Below, in pieces: positions 19,695 to 29,373 of a DNA stretch of 64,000 bases. Every line of letters starts with the position of its first letter. Position 1 is the first letter of the stretch. The translations under genes and the position numbers were made by a program. The notes under the pieces are model-generated. The model saw only the letters and a list, made by a program, of their open reading frames with translations, made no database searches and had not been told where the DNA came from. The stretch comes from Candidatus Zhuqueibacterota bacterium (GTDB lineage Bacteria > Zhuqueibacterota > Zhuqueibacteria > Thermofontimicrobiales > Thermofontimicrobiaceae), in the NCBI GenBank assembly GCA_049322915.1, contig JBMOPW010000028.1:2965-66964 (forward strand), given 5' to 3'.

Positions 19695-20296
19695 AATTCC
19701 TCCATCGTGTATTCAGCCAGAAGCCGATCCTTCAAAATTTTTCGACCGCGAAAAATATAGCTTTTCACAGTGCCTTCAGGGAGCGCGGTGATCTCGCTGA
19801 TTTCCCGGTAGCTCAAATTATCCACGTGAAAACAGGTCAATACAATTCGGTATTGAACCGGCAGCGATTCAATGTGCTGGTGCAGCAAGGACGAAACCTG
19901 AAGCTTTATAAATTCCTCATCCGGCTGCTGCGGGAGCGATTCGATTTCGCTCATTCGGAAAGAGTTACTTTGCCCGAAGTCCTCATGCCGGTCGCCCGCG
20001 CCGAAGTCCTCGTACAGGGGAATCCGTTTTTTCCTGGCGTAATTCAATGCCGCGTTGTACGCAATTCTCCCAATCCAGGTCGAGAATTTGGATTTGAATT
20101 GAAACGTGGCCAGGTTCTCGTACACCTTAATGAAAATTTCCTGTCCGAGTTCCTCGCGGTCCGTCGGATTGCTCACCACCCTGAAAATGATGTGTGAGAC
20201 TAATTTTTTGTACTTCTGAATCAGGACCCGAAAGTCGTCCGGTTCGCCGCTCAGGATTTTTGTGATCAATTCTTTTTCAGAATTCATGGTGTCCAT
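19685..20296 (-). CDS. ECF-subfamily RNA polymerase sigma-70 factor
   Basis: Region 2 'EIFIKVYENLATFQFKSKFSTWIGRIAYNAALNY' and region 4 'LSYREISEITALPEGTVKSYIFRGRKILKDRL' are both present. Confidence 0.85.
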   Translation of the reverse strand: MDTMNSEKELITKILSGEPDDFRVLIQKYKKLVSHIIFRVVSNPTDREELGQEIFIKVYENLATFQFKSKFSTWIGRIAYNAALNYARKKRIPLYEDFGAGDRHEDFGQSNSFRMSEIESLPQQPDEEFIKLQVSSLLHQHIESLPVQYRIVLTCFHVDNLSYREISEITALPEGTVKSYIFRGRKILKDRLLAEYTMEELCL

Positions 20297-20425
20297 GCCC
20301 TAATAGACAGATAATCATGAAAAAAGTTGCAGTAAAAATTTGGCCAGTCCCTGCAACATTCCGCTCACTCCTTTGTCTATTGTAGTGAAACCAAACCAAC
20401 AGCCATTAAACTAAGGAGTAATACC

Positions 20426-20779
20426 ATGAGCAACAATCTTGAGTTTTTAATCCCATTAGCGATCTTCCTGCCCTTCGCTCTCATCGTGAAAGTTATCTCA
20501 GACAACAACGTGCGGCGCAAGCTCATCGAAAAAGGCATGGTCGATGAAAAGATCAAATACCTGTTCTGGAAAAAGTACACAACGCATCCAGTGTCCAATC
20601 TCAAATGGGGCTTCATCCTCATCGGCATCGGACTCGCCCTGCTTCTGGGCCAGATTCTGCCGGATTCTGTTGATGAATCTGCGGTGTTTGGTATCATGTT
20701 CATCTTTGCCGGCATTGGTTTTCTGGCATATTATCGAATCGCTAAAAATGTCGTTGAAGACAAGAATGATCAGGACTGA
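20426..20779 (+). CDS. Small membrane protein with two or three TM helices, hypothetical
   Basis: A strong RBS 'AAGGAG' precedes the ATG. The hydrophobic segments are 'LIPLAIFLPFALIV', 'GFILIGIGLALLLGQIL' and 'FGIMFIFAGIGFLAYY'. Confidence 0.55.
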   Translation: MSNNLEFLIPLAIFLPFALIVKVISDNNVRRKLIEKGMVDEKIKYLFWKKYTTHPVSNLKWGFILIGIGLALLLGQILPDSVDESAVFGIMFIFAGIGFLAYYRIAKNVVEDKNDQD

Positions 20780-21222
20780 TTGCGCAAACAGATGCTGACT
20801 CCTGTGGTTTATCACCACACCGATGGCGATGCGGCCTGTGTTACTTTGCCACAAAGCGCATTTGTAGCGGAATGAACGGTGTCTTTAACGCGCTGTGGTT
20901 TCAGGCCTTAGCGCACGGGCGATTTCTGGAATGGTAATTGTATGTGTTTCCTGAATGGCATGGGTGATAGGCCACAGATTCAGCAATTCATTTTGCGCCG
21001 ACGATCTTGATGATTCACCGGCTGACCTGCGAATTTTGATGTGAAGTCCGGAGTTCCCCCTGTCTGCTGCGGCTGCCGTTCTTCGAACAGACTGCGCCGG
21101 CAGCCTTGGCCTGTCACAATTTCAAAGTTGTGAAAATTCAGGATAACGGGCTATATTTTCAGATGTTGAATGGAGAGCTTTTCGGACGATTCAATAAATA
21201 TTTCAAGAGAGGAGTACCTGAC

Positions 21223-22467
21223 ATGAAAATGATTCAAGCGCTTTGCGGTATTGTCCTGTTAGCAGCTGTCATGTTGCTTCAGGCCGGCCGTGCCGTGAGT
21301 CAGACAAATGATGAGATTTTTATCTACGGGAAAATCACCACGACCGACAATAAAACCTACATCGGCCCGATTCGCTGGGGCGAAGAAGAAGTGTACTGGA
21401 CTGATATTTTCAATTCCTCCAAGACAGAGAATGACTACGTGGATTTTTTATCGCGTCAGGATCGGAAAAAACTGGATGAGAAATCAGGGAAGGTCGAGAT
21501 TTTTGGATTGAAGGTGGCAAGCTGGACGAACTCCGGGAGTCACAGCCACACGTTCGCATGCCAGTTCGGCGATATTCAGTCCATTGAAATGCGCGGTCGC
21601 GATCGCGTCAATCTGCAGGTAAGGAATGGCGAAGTCTTCCGGCTCGATGGCGGCTCGAACGATATTGGCGCCACAGTGAACATCCTCGATAGCGACATGG
21701 GATTGGTGGAATTGGACTGGGATATGATCGATAATGTGCAGTTTCAATCTACGCCCGGGGCGCTTCCGAAAAAATTTGGCGAGCCGCTATTCGGCACTGT
21801 GACAACCCATGACCGGGAATTCACCGGACTGGTGCAGTGGGATCAGGATGAGCGGCTTGGCGAAGACGAATTGGACGGCGAAACCATGGATGGCGATGTG
21901 TCGATTTTATTCAAACAGATCGCCGCTATCGAGAAGAGAGGCAATAGCTGCCGTGTGAAATTGCACTCCGGCAAGGAATTGCTCGTGTCCGGCAGCAACG
22001 ATGTGGATCGGGGCAACCGGGGAGTCATTGTCACCATGCCCGGTGTGGCCGTTGTGACCATCGATTGGCGGGACTTTCGATCGGTTCGGTTTGAGTCGGC
22101 CACAGCTATCATCAACCAGGCCTATGGGGATTTCGGCTCGCCGAGGAAACTTGAAGGGACCATCGTCACGACGGATGGGACGAAATATTCCGGCGCCCTG
22201 GTCTATGACCTCGATGAGGCATGGGATCTGGAAATGCTGCAGGGCGATGAAGATGACATGGAATATATCATCCCATTCCGCTCGATTAAAAAAATCACTC
22301 CCAGAAATTTCAGAAGCTCGCTGGTCGAACTCAGGAATGGTCATCAACTCAAACTCCAGGCGACTCAGGATGTCAATGAAGATAATGATGGGCTGTTGAT
22401 TTTCAACGCATCGGAAAAACCCATCTGGATCGCCTGGGAGAAGGTCGACTACGTGGAATTTGAATAG
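21223..22467 (+). CDS. Secreted hypothetical protein built from three tandem internal modules of about 110 aa
   Basis: The signal peptide is 'MKMIQALCGIVLLAAVMLLQAGRA'. The modules begin 'IYGKITTTDNKTYIGPIRWGEEEVYWTD', 'LFGTVTTHDREFTGLVQWDQDERLGEDE' and 'LEGTIVTTDGTKYSGALVYDLDEAWDLE', and each closes on a basic 'VRF/VEF' segment. Confidence 0.6.
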   Translation: MKMIQALCGIVLLAAVMLLQAGRAVSQTNDEIFIYGKITTTDNKTYIGPIRWGEEEVYWTDIFNSSKTENDYVDFLSRQDRKKLDEKSGKVEIFGLKVASWTNSGSHSHTFACQFGDIQSIEMRGRDRVNLQVRNGEVFRLDGGSNDIGATVNILDSDMGLVELDWDMIDNVQFQSTPGALPKKFGEPLFGTVTTHDREFTGLVQWDQDERLGEDELDGETMDGDVSILFKQIAAIEKRGNSCRVKLHSGKELLVSGSNDVDRGNRGVIVTMPGVAVVTIDWRDFRSVRFESATAIINQAYGDFGSPRKLEGTIVTTDGTKYSGALVYDLDEAWDLEMLQGDEDDMEYIIPFRSIKKITPRNFRSSLVELRNGHQLKLQATQDVNEDNDGLLIFNASEKPIWIAWEKVDYVEFE

Positions 22468-22620
22468 AGTGTTCAGAGTCAAGGAAATAACCTGAGCACA
22501 CATGCTTTCGGGTCATGTGAAAAATCTGAGGGATTCAGCGCCCAAAAATTTGGTCGGAACATATGACCCGAGCGTGTCGTGCCGATTGAAGCGCCTGTCA
22601 AGAAATATACGGGAGGAAGT

Positions 22621-25560
22621 ATGCATCGAATTATCCTGCTTTTACTGGTACTGACGCCAGTCCTTTTTGCGCAGCCAAAGACCTATTTTCAGCAGCACGT
22701 CCGCTACGACATCGACGTTGTCCTTCATCCGGAGAACAAAACTTACAGCGGCAGCGAGACCGTGACCTATCAGAACAACTCGCCGGAGACGCTCCATTTC
22801 ATCTGGTTTCATTTTTATCCCAATGCCTTTAAAGACGAATCGACGCCCTACGCGAAACAGCAGGAGCGCTTTCGCAATTCGTCGTTCCACTTTTCTGCGC
22901 CGGAAAAACGGGGGTATTTGAATCTCGTCTCAGCGCGACGCGGCGACCGGGATTTGAACTGGCAGGCCAAATCCGATGCGATCGATGAAATAAAAATTGA
23001 ACTGGATCAGCCGTTATTGCCCGGCGAAAAAGTGACGCTGCACTTGAAATTCGAAGGAAAATTTCCCCGCGTCAATTCGCGCATGAAATATTTCGGGGAT
23101 AATTATTTCGCAGCGACGCAATGGTACCCCAAAGTTGTGGTCTTCGATGGCCTGGGCTGGCACCCGGATTCATACCTGGACATGGGGGAGTTTTACGGTG
23201 AGTTCGGCGCTTTCGATGTGAGCATCACCTTGCCGAAGAACTTCGTCATTGAGGCCACCGGGACGCTGCATGACAATTCTGAAGAAGAGGCATTTATCAG
23301 GGAAATCGTCGCCCGAACCAACGAACTGGCGCAATTGAAAACCGGGAAGGAGCGCAGCGCTTTTGTGAAGGACTGGAAAAAGGAGCGCAAGGCAAAGACC
23401 GATTACTCGCAGACAAAGACGGTCCGATTCGTTGCAGAGAACGTGCACGACTTCGCGTGGTTTGCCGGGGATGAATACATGATGTACCAGTCAGTTCACA
23501 ACAATGGCGTGCTCACCAATGTCCTGGCAAAACCCGGAAGCGCGTATAGCTGGCGCGATGTGACGCGATTTGTGGAGCAGACCCTCTGGTTTTACAGCGA
23601 CAGAGTGGGCAAATACGAGTACCCCAAGGCGTCCGTTGTGGAAGGCGATGAATCTGGCGCGGGAATGGAATACCCCATGGTGACGATCCTGTCCATGCCG
23701 GATCTGAGCTTCGTCAACGGGCTGGAAATGGTGGTCATGCACGAAGTGGGGCATAACTGGTTCTATGGAATGCTCGGTACGGACGAGCGGAGAGAGGCAT
23801 TTATGGATGAAGGGTTCAATACCTTTCTGGAAACGAAATATATGGAGCATTTCCATGGATTCAATAATATGACGAATTTCAGGAAATTGACCAAACTGAA
23901 TTGGCCGCAGGATATCGGGGAATGGCATTTAGCCCATCTGATGATGGGTATGTTGACGTCGATGCGCCTGGATTTGCCCATGAATTTGCCAACGGACGCC
24001 TATGAATCCGAAAACTATGGCGCTGTTCACTATCAAAAAGGCGCGATGATGCTGTATTCGCTGGAGTGGCTGGTTGGCGCGGACGACTTTTGGAAGGGCA
24101 TGCAGCTCTACTTCGATACCTGGAGCGGCAAACATCCGACGTCGCGGGATTTTTTTGAAATAATGGAGCGTGTGTCAGGCAAAGATCTGGACTGGTTTTC
24201 CGACGAATGGGTGACAACCACGCACACCAATAATTTTGAGCTCACGAAGAGCTCCACCGTGAAAACAGCCAATGGTTTCAAAACAACGGTCTTCGTGGAA
24301 AATAACGGCTCCATGAAACGGATGCCGGCGCCGGTCAATCTCATCACGGCTGAAAACGATACGCTCGAACAACAGTGGCTGGGCAATCCGGATGCGCCGG
24401 TCGTTTTCGAACTGGCGTCGAAGCCGAAAAAAGTGGAAGTCAATTTAAAGCGCCCCATTTTCGAAACCAATTATCTCGATAATGCGTACGTCCCGGATGT
24501 CGACGTGAATTTTTTATTCCAGATTCCGCGCTTTGATACGTACGCTGTGAATTTCTTTCCCTACTATTGGTACGAAGAAAATGTCGATCGCAGCAGGGTC
24601 GGATTGGGATTCTGGTCGGGTAATTTTTTCACCAATGACTGGCTCTCCCGCGGAGAAATTTATTACGGGACAGAATCCGGCGCATGGGGCTATGGATTCA
24701 AAGTGAAAAATCGCTTTCCGGGGTTGCTGCTGAATTTCAGCGAAGTAACGGCCGGCATTCGGGATAAGGATGGTTTGAAAAATGTGTCGCTGGGCCTGCG
24801 AACCGTCCATGTAAATCCGAAGGATACGCGCTTCAAATTGACGTTCAATCTGGGCATGGATCATGTCCGCCTGCACGACGTGGCCTATTCTGATGCGGGA
24901 ATTTTTGAACCGGGCGCCTATTCCATAGTGACGGCGGATGGAAAGATGACGTTCCGGCGAATGCTGTATCGGATCGAGGCGGGTGTGAGCGTCGAAACGG
25001 CCATCGGCGCATTCGATTCCGAGGCTGACTTCCTGAAATTGGAAGTGACTTCGTTGTACACGCAGCGCTTCACCCGAAATTTTTCGACGAAGGTGAAATT
25101 TTTCGGCAGCGGCATCTGGGGCGACGATCTTCCGTCACAGGAAAGAATCTACCTCGGCGGCGCTGTGGATCCCAAACATCAGCGGTTTGCTTTAGCCCGT
25201 CGCGGGGACCTGTCGCCGTTGCGGACATGGACGTTCGGCCAGGGCATGAACATGGCCGGTTACGCGTACAGCGATGGGATTTATCCATCCGGCAAAGCCG
25301 GCGCAGCGGTGACAGCGGAGTTCAATTACACCGGATTCCCGCTGCCAATTTTCTATGGCTCTGCTGCGACGCTTTCCCAATCCGTCGGTGATTTCGGAAC
25401 GGACGACGTCATATTTGAAGCCGGGATAAAAGCTGGCAGCAACATCCTCACGTTCATCATGCCGATCTGGGTTTCCGATCCCCTGGCAGGTGAAGACCAT
25501 TTTGAATTTCGCTTTTTGTTCAATCTGAATCTCACCGCGGGAATCGGGTTCGAACCGTGA
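22621..25560 (+). CDS. M1-family (gluzincin) metallopeptidase domain protein with a large C-terminal domain of about 450 aa of unknown fold
   Basis: The signal peptide is 'MHRIILLLLVLTPVLFAQ' (RBS GGGAGGAAG). 'VVMHEVGHNWFYG' with Glu 19 residues after the second His gives HEXXH-X18-E. The C-terminal half is rich in Gly and aromatics and may be beta-rich. Confidence 0.65.
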   Translation: MHRIILLLLVLTPVLFAQPKTYFQQHVRYDIDVVLHPENKTYSGSETVTYQNNSPETLHFIWFHFYPNAFKDESTPYAKQQERFRNSSFHFSAPEKRGYLNLVSARRGDRDLNWQAKSDAIDEIKIELDQPLLPGEKVTLHLKFEGKFPRVNSRMKYFGDNYFAATQWYPKVVVFDGLGWHPDSYLDMGEFYGEFGAFDVSITLPKNFVIEATGTLHDNSEEEAFIREIVARTNELAQLKTGKERSAFVKDWKKERKAKTDYSQTKTVRFVAENVHDFAWFAGDEYMMYQSVHNNGVLTNVLAKPGSAYSWRDVTRFVEQTLWFYSDRVGKYEYPKASVVEGDESGAGMEYPMVTILSMPDLSFVNGLEMVVMHEVGHNWFYGMLGTDERREAFMDEGFNTFLETKYMEHFHGFNNMTNFRKLTKLNWPQDIGEWHLAHLMMGMLTSMRLDLPMNLPTDAYESENYGAVHYQKGAMMLYSLEWLVGADDFWKGMQLYFDTWSGKHPTSRDFFEIMERVSGKDLDWFSDEWVTTTHTNNFELTKSSTVKTANGFKTTVFVENNGSMKRMPAPVNLITAENDTLEQQWLGNPDAPVVFELASKPKKVEVNLKRPIFETNYLDNAYVPDVDVNFLFQIPRFDTYAVNFFPYYWYEENVDRSRVGLGFWSGNFFTNDWLSRGEIYYGTESGAWGYGFKVKNRFPGLLLNFSEVTAGIRDKDGLKNVSLGLRTVHVNPKDTRFKLTFNLGMDHVRLHDVAYSDAGIFEPGAYSIVTADGKMTFRRMLYRIEAGVSVETAIGAFDSEADFLKLEVTSLYTQRFTRNFSTKVKFFGSGIWGDDLPSQERIYLGGAVDPKHQRFALARRGDLSPLRTWTFGQGMNMAGYAYSDGIYPSGKAGAAVTAEFNYTGFPLPIFYGSAATLSQSVGDFGTDDVIFEAGIKAGSNILTFIMPIWVSDPLAGEDHFEFRFLFNLNLTAGIGFEP

Positions 25561-25775
25561 TGAGGCGGAACATCTGCGTTGCCGGCACCAGAGCGGTATT
25601 GAAGGGATGAAAGACTGTCGCGCCGGGTCTGACTGTGGTGATGACCGACGATCGCGTCGATAAAATTAATTTTGAAAGAAATCAATCAGCCATAGGACAG
25701 GATTCTGCCTGGAACGGGGCAGCATCCATCGCAGTCTTATGGCGAATTTTTATCCCTTATCAGCAAGGAGGAACT

Positions 25776-26267
25776 ATGCGCTGTGAACGTTGTGGCAACG
25801 AGTATCCGTCAGAGTACTATTTCAAGACGCGCACCATTTGTTTGAGCTGCTACGAAAAACTGAATCCCGAAGAGCGAAAACGCGCGATCGAAAATTCGCC
25901 CATCGTGCAGGGGAGAACGATGAAATACGCCAATACCACGACCGCGTTTACCATCGATGGCTATACGATCAAACAGGTATTGGGCGTTGTGCGAGGCATT
26001 ACAGTGCGGTCGCGCTCCGTGTTTGGCACGATAGGCGCGGGCTTGCAGACCCTCGTCGGTGGAAATATCACATTGTTCACCGAACTGTGCGAAAAGACCC
26101 GCTCCGAAGCCTTCGAAATGATGGTGGAACATGCCGAAGAAATCGACGCCAATGCGGTCATCGGAATCCGGTACGACGCTACTGAGATCACGAGCGGCGT
26201 GACTGAGGTGCTGTGTTACGGCACTGCGGTGATCATTGAACCGAACGAGGCCAAAGCCGGAAAATAG
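25776..26267 (+). CDS. YbjQ/UPF0145-family protein with an N-terminal CxxC...CxxC zinc-ribbon
   Basis: '[10 protein letters not shown]...CLSCYEK' is followed by the '[12 protein letters not shown]...[12 protein letters not shown]' core. An RBS AAGGAGG precedes the ATG at 25776. Confidence 0.65.
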   Translation: MRCERCGNEYPSEYYFKTRTICLSCYEKLNPEERKRAIENSPIVQGRTMKYANTTTAFTIDGYTIKQVLGVVRGITVRSRSVFGTIGAGLQTLVGGNITLFTELCEKTRSEAFEMMVEHAEEIDANAVIGIRYDATEITSGVTEVLCYGTAVIIEPNEAKAGK

Positions 26268-26439
26268 AAAAAGTAGTTGCAAAATTCAGGATTTTTTCTT
26301 ATACATGAGAGCCGGCTGTCATTCACTAATTCGTGTCAGTCCGAAAACACCTAATTTGCTATGGGGTTGATATTTTCAAACTTCATTACGTCAGACCTTA
26401 TCCATTAAACCTCTTCTTGCCCTGCGAACAAGAAGGGGA

Positions 26440-26790
26440 ATATCTGTTCTCCCTCTCCTTCGTAGGCTAATCCTTACCCATAAGTTTGGGGGATATAAAC
26501 AAATCAAATGAAACGCAGAGGTCGCGAAGGGCGCAGAGAAAAGACCCGCTTAGAATTGGCCTGAGTGATTTTAAAATTTTCAATCAAACAATGAAAATCA
26601 TGTTCACCCTTAGTCACAGAAGACCAAAATAACCGGGAAAATACCTGGTTTCATCAGTTTGCAAACAGTTTTTTTTCAATACCAAAACGCTGCGTACCTC
26701 TGCGGTCTCTGCGACCTCTGCGTTAGAAAAGATATGGATAAGGGTAAGCCTTTTCGGAGAGGGTTGGGGTGAGGTCAAAAATAGCAGTTT
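26440..26790. repeat. Long imperfect inverted-repeat element (arms of about 90 bp around an AT-rich core of about 150 bp); MITE-like, or a structured RNA
   Basis: The left arm contains 'ccctctcc...cttaccc...acgcagaggtcgc...cgcagag'. The right arm carries the reverse complements 'ctctgcg...gcgacctctgcgt...gggtaag...ggagaggg' in the mirrored order. Confidence 0.55.
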
Positions 26791-26847
26791 TCGGACAGAC
26801 TAATTCCCGCTGTTGGCCGGGATTTAACTCTTTGAATGAGGAGAACA

Positions 26848-28014
26848 ATGATGGCGCCTCTCTCCTGGAAGCGACTGTTTATTCTGATATCTCTGTTTAC
26901 ATTCGTCCTGGTTCTGCCCGGATTTTCTCAGGTCAATCATCGCTATTTCGATAACCCGGATGCCGGACCTGACCAGGTTGTGCTGACAATCCTCTATCCT
27001 TCGACCGGGAGCATTCAGGCGCTCATCAAGCTCCGGGAGCGAGGGATGCTCCGCGTGGAAAATCTGCTGGTTGTTGGCGTTTATCATGAGCAGGAGACAA
27101 CGCCGTACAGCAACAGCTTTGATCTGGTCGAGCGGGATTCCCTGCACTGGGTTCGATTTCATCGCATCACCGGGCGCCTGAACAATGCCAATATCTTCGG
27201 GCAAAATCCTTGCAGCGCGGAATTCAATGCCATTTTCGCCCACTCCGACGGCATCATATTTTTCGGCGGCGCTGATATTCCTCCCTCAATTTATCAACAT
27301 AAAACCCATCTGCTCACCTCGATCGAGACGCCCTCCCGCAGTTTTCTGGAAACATCGTTCATCTTTCATTTATTGGGAGGTTCCCAACAGAGCGATCTTG
27401 TCCCTCTCCTCGATGCTCGTCCGGATTTTCCCATATTGGGAATTTGCCTCGGCGCCCAGAGCCTGAACGTGGGCGCAGGCGGCGCGCTGGTTCAGGATAT
27501 TTGGGCAGAGACCTACGATAAATCCTATCTGGAGGATGTGCTGAATCTGGGGCGGGACCGCTGGCACACCAATCCGTTGGCGCGACTGTACCCTGAAGAT
27601 GATTTGCTCTGGTACAACATGCATCCCATCAAGCTGGCGAAGAAGGGCAAGTTTGTCGCCCGATTGGGATTCAGCGAAGCAGACAGACCGTTCGTCATCA
27701 GCGCGCATCACCAGGCAGCCGGCAAGCTGGGTAAGGGAATCAAAGTCATCGCCGCGTCGCTGGATGGCAAGGTGCCGGAAGCCATCGAGCACGAGAAATA
27801 TCCCAATGTGCTGGGCGTGCAGTTTCACCCGGAATTCCCGATTCTTTACGACCCGGCCAAAACCTATCGATTCACGCCCGAGGACAGAGAAGCGGTGAGT
27901 TTGATTTCCATTTTGGAGAGCAATCCGCCGAGCCTGGCGTTTCATCAGAAAATTTGGGAATGGTTTGGGCAGCAATTAGAGGAGTTTCATGAAAAAAGTA
28001 ATGTAAAAAGGTAA
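26848..28014 (+). CDS. Secreted class-I glutamine amidotransferase-like / peptidase C26 (gamma-glutamyl hydrolase, PuuD-like) protein
   Basis: The signal peptide is 'MMAPLSWKRLFILISLFTFVLVLPGFSQ'. The nucleophile elbow 'ILGICLGAQ' and the His region 'GVQFHPEF' are present. Confidence 0.75.
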   Translation: MMAPLSWKRLFILISLFTFVLVLPGFSQVNHRYFDNPDAGPDQVVLTILYPSTGSIQALIKLRERGMLRVENLLVVGVYHEQETTPYSNSFDLVERDSLHWVRFHRITGRLNNANIFGQNPCSAEFNAIFAHSDGIIFFGGADIPPSIYQHKTHLLTSIETPSRSFLETSFIFHLLGGSQQSDLVPLLDARPDFPILGICLGAQSLNVGAGGALVQDIWAETYDKSYLEDVLNLGRDRWHTNPLARLYPEDDLLWYNMHPIKLAKKGKFVARLGFSEADRPFVISAHHQAAGKLGKGIKVIAASLDGKVPEAIEHEKYPNVLGVQFHPEFPILYDPAKTYRFTPEDREAVSLISILESNPPSLAFHQKIWEWFGQQLEEFHEKSNVKR

Positions 28015-28262
28015 CGATGCAGACATGTATTTTTACTGCAACGCTTTCATCAGCCGTTTTAACCGCATCAGAAAAACCCGCACAAACCAACCAAACTTGA
28101 AACTACTCCGAATTTCGCCTGAACGAAACGGCGGTTAAAATCGGCTGGATGGAAATGTTATGTGATATTGTACTCGTGATAAATGGTTATTTGAGCATCT
28201 CAAAAATTACTTTTCTATTTAAATTCAAACAGCTGATTTCGTGTTTAAGTTTCTATTTCTTT

Positions 28263-28676
28263 TCATCCACCAAGCAAGTATTTCCACAAAGGAATGCCTG
28301 GTCCAGTAGGCTCTGTCTTCTGCAAAACTTCCATCTGGAGGAGCCACGCTGAGGTACAGGCAATTACAATATAAGAGTAAGATGATACATAAAATACTGA
28401 TTTTCGAATTTTCATGTTTGCTTCTGTTTTAAATTTTGGTTCAAGCATGGCCGAAAGTGTATATTTGTTGAGCATTAACCAAATGAAGAATAACAAATAT
28501 GGCACGTATCTTATCCAAGCCATAAAAATACCTGCGAGTATGCCAAGTATAAACATGATGGGAAACTTGATCCACCTATTCCTTGTGAATGCATTTACAA
28601 TCGGCGGAATTGCGAAATGAAATATCCCGAGTATCAAAATGCTTTTTAATAACCAATAGAATAGAGCAAGAATCAT
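28263..28676 (-). CDS. Small polytopic membrane protein (three or four TM helices), hypothetical; last gene of the AT-rich island
   Basis: The protein is hydrophobic throughout ('ILILGIFHFAIPPIV', 'FPIMFILGILAGIFMAW', 'VPYLLFFIWLML') and its composition is AT-rich. Confidence 0.5.
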   Translation of the reverse strand: MILALFYWLLKSILILGIFHFAIPPIVNAFTRNRWIKFPIMFILGILAGIFMAWIRYVPYLLFFIWLMLNKYTLSAMLEPKFKTEANMKIRKSVFYVSSYSYIVIACTSAWLLQMEVLQKTEPTGPGIPLWKYLLGG

Positions 28677-28836
28677 GTCTTCATCCTTTTATTTACCACA
28701 TAATCGCGGCGCTGACCCGCGAGCACGCTGGCTGGGAGTCCCGCTTGTGGGACGGACAGACAGCGCGCGCAGTCGCGCGGAACGAGCGACGATTTTAGCT
28801 ATCACCTGGAGCTATTTGTTAGGTGATTTTCTGTGC

Positions 28837-29373
28837 TCAGGTTTTTTCTTTTAGTACTTTAGTCAATTGACCTAATGACATAGTTCCATTCACGAGATTA
28901 TTACGAATTGGTCTAAAAGCATCTAACATTCGACGGTGCGTCTCTATTGAAGGGCAATGTGAATTAAAGCTACGACCTTTGAATTCTTGAAACCGATCTA
29001 ACTCGTTTACGAGAAACATCGCAGTGCCCATGTATTCAGCTTCATTATTACCATCGAATCCATTAAACTTTGGATCTTTTCTAAAAGGCTCTGCATCAAC
29101 TTCTAGCTTAGCCTTTTGTTCATCGTTTAATTTACTATATGCATGCTCAATGAAGCTCCACATATCCAAAATGTCAACCACTTCTTTAACAATCGATGGA
29201 TCTTCAGTTTGTTCAAATGGAATTCCACTATATTTCCACTTTATCCCCCAAAGTTGATCATTAAAAATTGCTGATTTTATAAAATCAGGATCAATTTCAC
29301 CTTCAACGCCAAGATTCTCGTATAACTCGCTTAGCATTAGAATTATAAGTTTTTCGCCATCTGATAGTTTCAT
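28837..29373 (-). CDS. YfbU-family (UPF0304) protein
   Basis: It aligns along its length with E. coli YfbU, for example 'MKLSDGEKLIILMLSELY' and 'FNGFDGNNEAEYMGTAMFLVNELDRFQEF' against the '[29 protein letters not shown]'-type core. Its ATG overlaps the stop of the upstream gene by 4 nt. Confidence 0.7.
   Translation of the reverse strand: MKLSDGEKLIILMLSELYENLGVEGEIDPDFIKSAIFNDQLWGIKWKYSGIPFEQTEDPSIVKEVVDILDMWSFIEHAYSKLNDEQKAKLEVDAEPFRKDPKFNGFDGNNEAEYMGTAMFLVNELDRFQEFKGRSFNSHCPSIETHRRMLDAFRPIRNNLVNGTMSLGQLTKVLKEKT

Noticed and set aside
22579-22620. Longer N-terminal extensions offered by the ORF track for several genes (22579, 18202, 21106, 25635, 34235, 49222, 51935, 60869, 9319)
   Set aside because: In each case an internal ATG preceded by a GGAGG-like RBS starts a canonical signal peptide or conserved N-terminus. 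The upstream extensions lack an RBS and would bury the signal peptide.
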